Shown piece by piece: positions 53,701-64,000 of a DNA stretch of 64,000 nucleotides (position 1 is the stretch's first letter; the number at the start of each line of letters is the position of its first letter). The DNA is taken from assembly GCF_964355755.1 (NCBI RefSeq), contig NC_092670.1, positions 15,672,795 to 15,736,794 on the forward strand, in the 5' to 3' direction. The notes under the pieces were generated by a model. The model made no database searches, had not been told where the DNA came from, and saw only the letters and a list, made by a program, of their open reading frames with translations. The DNA comes from Antedon mediterranea (Eukaryota > Animalia > Echinodermata). Made by a program: the position numbers and the translations under genes.

Positions 53701-56700
53701 GTTGCAAACATGCTAATTGCTTGTAGGCAGCACTGAGTATCAATAGCAAAGATGTAGACACAATGTAAGGGAGTTGACCAATTACAATTGACAGTTTGAA
53801 TAATCCATCACCTGTGATTGGTTAAATCACTTATGTTGTGCTTACGTCCTTGCGTATGTTCTAGTGGGAACCAAGCATTAGAGATATAATATTTGTTACT
53901 GTGTGTAAACAGGTTAAGGTTAGCCAACCTTACACAACTACTGATTTTTTCTTGTCTTAATGTGCATGTGGAAACACAATGGCAAAAGACGACCTATCAC
54001 CACGGTCGCTTAGTCTTATTATTTTTAGCTTCTTAATGGTGATAGAACTTTCTCATTCTGTTTTTCTCCTTAAATGAGTTTAGGATTAAGCTTCATCTAT
54101 TCTGTTTATTTTTTTAGTTTTAAAATGTTCATATTTAACTATAAGGTAAAGTTTACTGTTACAAGTTTTGCTTCAAAATATTTTGAACTTTCCATTTTTA
54201 ACCTTTATGCATGTATCAGATTATATAAGCTCTAGCGCTTTCAATAACAATTTGTAGATAATCTTTATCTTGATATCATGATTGTAACTTATGCTAATTC
54301 TAAGTTCCTACTAGAGCCTACTTGAATTCCTGATTTAATTTAAAATATTAAATATCATATTTAAAAGAAACACAAAAAAATCAATTTGCACAATTTCGAC
54401 ATACACAACATTTTAACATTAAATGTTTGTGATTACTAACTCATGTAACTACATTTTATTCACTTTTTAACATGTTTTATGCAATTATTTGGAAGCTTCT
54501 TCTATTCACACTATTTATATAATATTACCGTAAGTACTACAAAATAAACTTCTTTTGAAAAACAGTAAAATAATTTGAAAATGATCTTGTCACTACCTAT
54601 TAAAAGTAAGGTTACTGTACTTAAAATGCTTACCTCTTTTACATTTTCTAATACCAAATTGAGTGAGGTAGACATCAGTTGGAAACAAGCAGCTTTGTTC
54701 TGTCGGCATATTTCCGACAGAATTACAGAACAATCCTTGTCAACAAATGTTACACACTCAGACAGCTCACCAGTTTGTAACAGAATTGGTAATAGAACCA
54801 TCTCCATATTGTTCTTTTTTTCAACACTAAAAATATGAATATGAATGAGCATTATTACTTAGTTAATTGGGAAATGTTGGATTTCAACAAAAGACCAAAG
54901 TCCTTCTACAATCAAACTACCAAATAGCTAAAAGGCCATTTATTAAACAAACATTTTCTGGAGTGAATGAATAAAACTTCACTCTGCATTCACTCAGTTT
55001 GTTGAGAAATATTGTATTTGAACTAAAGACTTTTAAATACCAAACTACAAGGCCATTATTTACAATTCTAATTTTGTAATTTGTTGAATTTAATTTTAAA
55101 TCCACTTGAAATAAAACGTTCTATTTCTCGTCAAGACTAATCCTTTTCTGTAATTCAGAGCATTGGCTATAATAATGACATCAATGTCTTGTATAATTTC
55201 TTTCTTTTCTTGCAAGGTAGTCTTAAGGCACATATATAATTGCTAAAATTATATTATTATCCATATATTATTTTTTTAAGTGGATTCAAGTCAGATCAAT
55301 CACACAGAATTAGATTATTTATTTTCTCATTGAATCTTTGAACTTCAGTTAAAAGAGGAAGCAAAATTATTTTGGGGAAAACATTTGAATACTAGTATTT
55401 GTAAGGAAATATAATATCCACTATACAGTATTTTGTATTTAAAAATTAAATATTTAGTGTTTTTATCTATTGCATCAAGGGAAAATCGATTAAATTTAAT
55501 CAATTCATGATTTCTGTTTGGTGCGTAAAAAAGGCGAAATTGAATATCATACAATGTGACGGATAGGTATGTAATGTCATTAAAAGCTTTGAAATATAAT
55601 GCACTTTAACAAATTGAGCGATAAAAATGCATTTAATATGGGTGCAGTGTTGCATAAAGTTTGTGAAATTTTGCAAACCCTATGTAGCATGAAATTCTAT
55701 AGTAGTATACAGATTTGCTGCAGTATTTTACTATAGTAATGTTATCCATTGTATTTTCACTATGCAGAAGTAAAGACATTTTTAAATAATTATTCAAATA
55801 AGGCATAAATAAAAAACATACCTTTTATGGAATGATTTTTTAAATTTACTAAATCCATATTTGAATCATTAACTTTACACTACAGCATGTTAATAACTAT
55901 TACTATTGTACCAACCCACTTTCCTTTTTCACTAGCCTCAACTGAGACGACGTCACAAAAACTAATAAAATATATTGTTTACTGTAGAGATGTACTGTAT
56001 ATTCTTTGAAATCTTCATCGGGTTAAAAAGGTAAAAAGGCACAAAGATTACCTACTGTACCTCAGAAGGTTTTACACGTGGGAAGGACTAATATTAAATC
56101 AAGCCCTGAATTACAGAGAATGTCATTATTAATATTATGTTGTAACATTTTACCACATGTCTAGTAAATGTTTGATACAATGGACATCAAAAACGTTTTG
56201 CACTATTAACATCGACACATACAGACAGATCTGATGTCAGCTATAAGACTGGATTAAACAGTCTTATGAATACTAGCTGAATACCGTATACTATATATTT
56301 AGAAAAACCAGACATTTCGAAAACTAAAAAATAAGCGGTGTTTTTAAAGAACAAATGAATTTATGTATAACAAATTAACATTTATACAATTTATCATTTA
56401 ATTTTACATGATTTTATCAAAACAATTTTTTATTATAAGTAAAATATAACAAAATAAAAACAAAGCAAAAGGATGTATATATCTCATCAAGCATTTCTAC
56501 TGCAGAGTATTCAAAATTAATTTTATAACACCTTCATTCCGAGAAAGAATTGTAATTAAAATGATAAATAAAAAGTTGAAATATCAATAACAAATATTAC
56601 AAAAATGCTGTGCATCTTAACTAGTACTATCCCATCATGCATCACGCGATTGATTTTTTATTTGCAGAGTATGTCACAATAGGGAATAGTGTGTGTTCCA

Positions 56701-59700
56701 TTCGCTGCACACGCTAATCCATTCATTAAAGAGAGCAGTCGCAAATATTAAATATTATTTTCAATTTACTTCTGAAATGATTGAATCCATAGATTAAACT
56801 TGCCTGTACATAGAACATAACTCTTAGTTTGCTGCTTTTCACACATAAAACACATTTTGAGAAAGGCAAATAAAAAAAATGACAAAGCTGCTTTATATTG
56901 TATGTCAAATTATGCATGCATTGTTTATTTTTATAGACAATATTATTATCGCTCAGTTGATGTGTAACATTATGCATGGTATTGTTTGTCATATTTACTA
57001 TTGATGACTTTCCACCGACTTAACTGGCGTTAAGAATGGTGTGAGTTGAAAGACCCAAGATGGTAGAGATGAATACTTGATAACCCTAACTAGTTTGACA
57101 AAAAAGTGTGCCCAAATATGGTAGTGATAATATGATAAAATATGGTATAGTAGTGATATGATATCATATCATATGGGCCCATCACATTTCTTCGTCACAT
57201 AAATTTTGCTAGTGTAAACAGAGTTTAAATATATTTTGTCTCTTGTGTAATTCAATGTTTTGCCTGGAACACATGGTTGTGTGCTGCGTTAAAAATTATA
57301 TTACATGAAATATATACAGAAATATATTACATGTTTGTATATTTTGAACTTTCATAATTTGCTGTAAATGTAAATGATATTAAAATTGTAAATATACGAT
57401 CACTATTATTATGATGTTAATGATATAGTGTGTTGATCTTGTATATTTGAAAGACAATAATAATTTAAAATTTCCTTATGAATACATTTTTACGTTATGA
57501 TAAAACTTCCAATCAATCACCGATGCTGCTTACTGTAGTTTAGATAAGATAAAGTTTGTTTCTAGTATGTACTAATATGACAGCATTGACTAAAATGACT
57601 ACACCGCCTCAGGTACAAGACATTATTAACTGTTTCTCTATCAGACTATTAATAATTTTTTAGAATTTTGTAGCTACTAGAGACATAATCTTAAAAGGGT
57701 GATAAAACACAAATTTATTCCAGACACCAACTGAAAGCTAATCATATTTTGTGAAGTATCAACTGTCCACACACAGAATTAGGATCACTGCCGAATAATC
57801 TGTAAACACTCACTGATAGGTCCAAAATATCATTTAGCATATTATTAAAATTCTTTTATTTAGTCTTTAGGTACAATATAGCCATGGATTACCAATAGTC
57901 AATTAGTCACTCTCCTCTCAGATAGGTGGTAATCTTTTAAACGATGAGTTCACTTTGGAAACCCCCTACCTGACTCGAATGATGAACTTGGTTCACACGG
58001 GTAAACTGTGTACACTGGACCTACTTACTCAACAATATAGGGAAAATGACCAATTATTTAACTTAACCAACCATCAGAGCAAGCGCAGTAGTGTAGATGC
58101 TAGTGATTTGGAGTTGTGGGTTTGATTCTCACTCATTGTGTTTTTAAATGTACCTACTAGGCCTAAATAAAATATACCAGAGTAAGAAAATCATCTGACC
58201 AATTAGCTCTTTGATGCAAAGTCAGTTAGTATAATATAAAAATGAGTTTTTACCTTTTCATCTCTGTTCTCCACAGTAAACTAGCAATAGAAATTGCTGC
58301 TAAGAGTTTTTTCTTATGGAAAAGCAACATGGGAACCTCTTGAATGATTTCACAAATATTTTCTCTTTCCAAAACTCTGTCAAATATTAATAGTAATATT
58401 GCAATATTACCTACAAAAAAATTGTTAGATGAAATACTGAATATAGCTATAGTAATTTCAGTATAGATACTGTATATGAGAAGTGGTAATAGAGAGCTTT
58501 AGATTTGTGATGACCAGCAACCTTGGCTCATTAATGTATCATCAGTCATCATTTGAACTGAGAAACCACTAAGTTTATGTCAAGGAATAAAGTGAAGAAG
58601 AAACTTGGAAACAGGCGCACAATTAATTAACATGGCCTAACTTATTCCTTGGTGGTCAAAAGTTCCCTAGTATTGTAGATTCAATCCTGAATTTATCTCT
58701 TAGTATTCATACTTACGTTGACAATTTAATGATCTCTGTTTGTAGATCAATGATGTCAAGTTCCACATCTGTTGTTGCACTACCAGTAAGGAAGGTACTG
58801 AGCTGAGACACCACATTGTACTGTCTTATAGCCTTAATTCCTAACTCTGGGTCAAATTTCAACACCTTACGTAAAACTTCAATTGAAGACTGTTGAAGAC
58901 TAAACGTGTCAGAGTTAATAATGGTTGTCAAAATCTTCTGAAAAGTTTCATATTCAAGTTGTAGGCGTTGTTTCTTCAGTGGAGAATCTTTTTGAGTAGT
59001 GACGAGTGTTTCTTGTGAAGTTTTAAGCTGCTCTTGTTGAATCTGTAAGATGTCTTGTGAAATGTTATCCTGCTCTTGGTGAGTCTTTATTTGTTGAAGG
59101 ATTGTGGAAACAAAGAAATCTTCGGCAGCAGATTTGACAAACATTGATGAGTCTTTCAAGCAATTCCAGGCTACTTCGTTTGCTCCTTAAAAAATTGTAA
59201 ATATAATCAATAACTGTCTTAATGATTCACAAAAACAATAATTTGAATGGAGATACCAAGAATATCAGGACAATTCAAAGACACATTATTTTGAAGGCAG
59301 TAAATTGTTAATAGCGCCCTCATGTTTGTTTCAAAGAAGCTTTGCAGAATACAATTTCTTAAAAGAAACCTAAGATTCCCCATACAAACAATAATTTGAA
59401 TGGAGATACCAAGAATATCAGGACAATTCAAAGACACATTATTTTGAAGGCAGTAAATTGTTATAGCGCCCTCATGTTTGTTTCAAAGAAGCTTTGCAGA
59501 ATACAATTTCTTAAAAGAAACCTAAGATTCCCCATATGTTAATAAAATTTGTTATAATAATATGCAAGAGCAAAAACGAGGATATTCTTTTCACTGTATT
59601 ATTGATTGGTTTCATACACTATTAAATTGCATACATTTCAATATATATTCAATTTATTGCACATTGCTCAAAACGCATTATAAATTAAATAACAAAATAT

Positions 59701-61152
59701 TAAAAATTCATCACTACACTTAATTAAAAATATTTAATTTATAAACCCATCCTCCATGTCAATGTGCGACTAATGTTCAAGTCAAAGAAAAAAATAGAAG
59801 AGAAAAACAAACCAAAAAATAGATAAATACCATTTTCACTTTAATTTGTATTATGAACATTTTTGAACTTTTTTTTTACATAAAATTATTATTTTGTGTT
59901 GGCTGCAGTTAACTTTTTATTATATTAGTAATTGGTAATTCTTACCATTTTGCAAAATGCGTAGAGATTTGACACGGACAGCACGAGTAACTGCTTCCAA
60001 CCATGCACACCGTACTGATGGATTCCACCATAGTTCTTCTTGTGCTTGGTTGATATGCATTTCAAATATATTGCTTGATACATCTACAGCTTTTATTTCT
60101 GATGAAGCACCAACAACTTGTTCAGTTGAACATTCTTTTTTTAATGAACTCCCACAGACATTAAAAGCACAAGCAATGTCAAACTTGTGTGTTGGAGCGA
60201 ACTCAATCAGGATGCTTAGAACTTTCAAAGCAAATACTGTTCTTTTTGAATTTGGACCGTACTTCAAAGAATCAGAAAGAAATCGTACAACTGCTGACGT
60301 TTCAGCTACTAAGTTGCAGTAGTATTCTGTAAGGATAAAATTCAGGTTTACTACTTGGTATTATGGCAATAATATTAAGGATGTCTGAACATTTTGTTTA
60401 TTTACGATGACCTATTTACGATGACCTATTTACAGTTGGTAGAAGTTACGGGGAATTTGGGCAATGCTATCTATTTTTCAACACAGTTCTGGTAGATTCT
60501 AGGTTCAGGCAATGACTGTAGCTCCTAGGTAGCTCCTTATTATCTCAGCGCTTATACCACTGTGATTTTATTTTAATTCTCCCTTTAAAACCAAATCCGA
60601 AAAACATTTACCATAATTTACTGTAAATGTTAATTGTTATGACCCTATAATTGTCATTCGCACACAATTATCTAGGTTAACTTTTTTTAAATAGCCAATC
60701 AATGGAAGATTTGTATAATGGGTCTTTAAGTCATTATGAACCGGATGTATAATATCAGCAGAGAATGAAAGACAAACAACAACGTTCTCTTTGTGTATAA
60801 AGGATTACATTTTAAAGTGATTTTCTCAAACTACTGTACCTCGCAACTTTGGAAACTGTGCATGTTTTAAAATACTGTATCCGTTACTATACATGCCCCA
60901 TAAAACCTTAATTACTAAATCTGTGTTGTGATACATTCCCATTTCCTAAAATGTTTGGGTTGGATATAGCTGCATTTACATTTATTCTACAGACCTTTTA
61001 CTGGTAAAATAGTGTTTACCTTTTGTTTTTGACGATGTTCTTAGCCAGTCCAGTAATTTTTCAGCAAAGGAGTCATCTTTAAAACTATCCTCTGACTTTA
61101 ATACAATGTCTAGAACTTGTGGAAGGAACTTCATACACGTATAGAATGCCAT
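47778..61152 (-). CDS. BRAT1: BRAT1 (Integrator INTS9/INTS11 assembly factor, HEAT/ARM repeats), ~937 aa, 10 coding exons
   Basis: Minus-strand exons 61152-61020, 60326-59946, 59185-58717, 58376-58254, 54826-54634, 52769-52592, 51808-51738, 49960-49795, 49328-49159, 48707-47778 join in frame (2814 nt). The N-terminus CMKFLPQVL..DDSFAEKLLDWL resembles human CAQLLPALC..DDTCLEKLLDWF; also DSSMFVKSAA, DPNWERRDS, DTESYVRATA, FARRAA, DIDWEVKIKA and C-terminal DCY*. An acceptor at 61201-61202 implies a further upstream 5'UTR exon. Confidence 0.85.
57089..57225. mobile_element. MITE family A, degenerate
   Basis: ACTAGTTTGACAAAAAAGTGTGCCCAAATATGGTAGTGAT...AGTGTAAACAGAGTT. Confidence 0.7.
59233..59535. 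repeat. ~152-bp near-identical tandem duplication in BRAT1 intron
   Basis: AAACAATAATTTGAATGGAGATACC...CCTAAGATTCCCCATA at 59233-59384 and 59386-59535, differing by a 1-nt indel. Confidence 0.9.
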
Positions 61153-62204
61153 TCTTCAGCATCTCACATTCCTGACTCTGTAACTAAATGCAGTGTTTTC
61201 CTAATATAGATATCAAGTCGGGCATATTAAAAAAAGACCGAATTATTGATATACTGTACAAGGCACTCAAATAATATTTTTTTCTATAAAATTGACAAAA
61301 TAATAGCCTCAAATTGCTCTTTGTCTATGTCTTTAATGGCTAGCATAACCTACCACTACTAGATAGTGTTTTTTTATGTATAATTTTCTTACGCAATTTT
61401 TAATACTGGTTGGAGCCAACTGAAATGTAATCATATTTTGCTTGGTTAAACTTAAACTAATTGCTTGAATATATTAATTTTTAGTCATAAAGTGAAATTT
61501 CCGCGACTTGACATAGCATGTACATTGGATTTGTTCCTTGATGTTAAATGTAAATGTTTGTCCAAGTCATATCATGTAAAATTCATTAAAAAACCTCCAA
61601 TTAAGATTGGCAGAACAAACTGGTAAAAAAATCTGTATTTCTTTGATTGTATATTTACTCAGCATCAACTTATGTATCCAATATCAAAAATACATTATCA
61701 TCAAATTAAATTATTATTATCTTTTGTAGTTTTAAACACATTCATCATTATTATTCTTCACAAGATTCTCTATGGAATACATTGTTAGATATGATTTCCT
61801 AGTAGCAATTAAAACAATGTGATAGGAGATACCCAGCAATGCTCTACTGTTCTCTCTTGAGCAAAGATATGACTAATTAACACAATAGAAAAAGCATAGA
61901 TATGTTGTTACTTAAATGTGTACGCCACATAAAGTGTTACTGACAATAGTTGTAGTTCTTATCTTATTTTGTTGAATGGATTAAAGAAATCCCCTCGAAA
62001 AACAACCATATATTTTATGCTGTAAAATGACAATAGGATATTTACTGACTTTGTTGTGTTGAGAGGCCAGACAGAGGGAAGCTGCTTTCCATTCTGTTGA
62101 GTGTCATTTGCATAGTAAATACAGGTAATTAAAATTATGTCACAAATGTTGGAACATATTTAGCAGCCATACCCTAATAATATCCTGGAGTGCCTAATTT
62201 TGTT

Positions 62205-62372
62205 AAACCTCTAAGCACTGTAAATTAACTCCGTTCATTTTAAAAAATCAAACTCCGCTAGTAATCAGCACAAAGTTGTCTTGATCTTACTTAAATTAAA
62301 TACCCATTGGTTCACCTGGGTTGATTGATACAAGTAATTCTTTGGATTCGAACCAACGATCTCACGATCATT
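62205..62372 (-). mobile_element. tRNA-derived SINE remnant
   Basis: Minus-strand B-box GGTTCGAATCC (62344-62354); body similar to the 41541-41720 insertion. Confidence 0.5.
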
Positions 62373-64000
62373 ACTCAAAAATTCCTGCACCACATATCCT
62401 TTATTTATAGTAATGTATTTTCAGGAAAATAAAGTCTTGATCGCACTGTATTGAATTGTCAACTATATTGACCAACATTAAAGGTGAATGTTAATTGTCC
62501 ACAGAAAGAAAACTTTGTGTTCTATTAGTAATAATCACACAAATTAAAAAATCAAAAATATATTAATCAAAAGATATTATTTAGATAAATATTAAATTAT
62601 CAAGTATAAAAACTTTCTTTGCTAGTACACTATGTATCTATGCCTAGATTTCGAACGTATTTCCAGCGGGTAAAACAAATCGTTGTATAGTATATAATTA
62701 TATTAATTTGAATCATAAAGAACAATTTAAATAAATAAGTTATGAAGTATTAACACAAGTTGATAGAACATGTCGGCCTGGATATCTAACCTCTTCCAAA
62801 AAACGTAATAACATATTGGTAGTGTAATAGTATTTATTTATGTACAGTATATATAAATTTTCAAACTGCTGCTATGGTACAAACTTGATTATAAACTCAA
62901 ATATGTAAAAAATATGCAAGTAAAATCAATAGGAAAAACTGACTAATGTACATATAAACATTGTTAAATTTGAAACGTTGGCCTAGCTTTGGAAACCTTA
63001 TCTCAAAAAAAATCAAACTACTTCAATGCAAATCAATAATAATATCATTATGAATAAATAATATATTCATACTTGTTCTATCTAAATTGCATCTAGTTTT
63101 TATAAATTACATTCTATGCAGCAAGAAATGATTAAATGCAATCAGCACAAAGCAACAATATTATTTCAGTAATTATTGTAGGAAAAATTGAATGATGCTA
63201 TTTAGTAGTAGTGATTAGTGTGAGAGTTTGATTTCAGAGTTTACAATTACATCTAGAAAAAAAAAGGTAAAAGTTTTTGAATTCTTGAAATTACTACTCT
63301 AGTGACAGTTTGAAGATGTTTTACAGAACAGTGCTATGTATCAAAACCAAAACCTAAATTTATCAGAATTGACAAATGAAATGAGAGCAAGTGGGATGTC
63401 ATTGTCAGAGCATACTATGCAACAGGACAAAACACCACGTCAAACGGGGTCACATGGGAGGGGTCATACAATATATTTTTTGAATCATTTTTTCTGGTGG
63501 AACTAGCCTTAAAAGCCCTTTGGGCTTATTTATGTTTCTTCAGCATAAGTGCATTCTACTTTAAAAAAAAAAACAGTCATGTTATTTCACAATGATGTAT
63601 CTTATGAAAATAAAATTGAATTGAATCTTGGCTAGGCAGGGCCAGTAGGGTTTATGATATAAAATGTTATCAAGTACATGCTAACGTTATATTTAATGTT
63701 ATATTGTGATATTTAATTTTAGGTTTATACATTTTTATGTAGAAAACTGTCAAAATACTGATGTTTATTTTGAAATTAAAGATCACCATCTGTGATAAGT
63801 GATGTTTTGTTTTTGGCACGTTAAAGACAAATAAAAATAACAATATTTTAACCGATTTTAAGTTTTTTCTGGAGAGAAAAAAAAATGTATATATGTTAAA
63901 TTTACCACTGATGCAAACCATGGAGGCTCTGTGAGCCTTGCGCAATTTGAATCAAAATATTTACATCAAATTGCGCAGTAACCTGCTGCGCAAGTATTTT

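Noticed and set aside
57081-57090. Telomerase RNA template-like TAACCCTAAC
   Set aside because: A 10-nt match overlapping the edge of a degenerate MITE, with no pseudoknot or H/ACA context.

Overview
AT-rich, intron-rich animal (invertebrate bilaterian, probably deuterostome) nuclear DNA. I reconstructed five spliced genes from GT-AG junctions and reading frame: the 3' part of a PKA type I regulatory subunit (PRKAR1, +), TMEM184B-like (+), CCDC40 (-), mitochondrial aconitase ACO2 (+; head-to-head with CCDC40) and BRAT1 (-). Repeats include about 16 copies of one hairpin-forming PIF/Harbinger-type MITE, a 5'-truncated CR1 LINE split by a 1.4-kb TIR element with a 5-bp TSD, tRNA-derived SINE fragments and several minisatellites. 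Most notable: (1) two near-identical ~175-nt box H/ACA RNAs in consecutive ACO2 introns whose 3' pocket is complementary to the U1 snRNA 5' end (predicted Psi5 guide, ACA47/SCARNA16-like); (2) an in-frame TAA in the penultimate ACO2 exon, with conserved coding sequence continuing after it; (3) a degenerate type I hammerhead ribozyme and other structured segments in ACO2 introns. All calls come from manual reading and recalled family motifs; no database searches were run.
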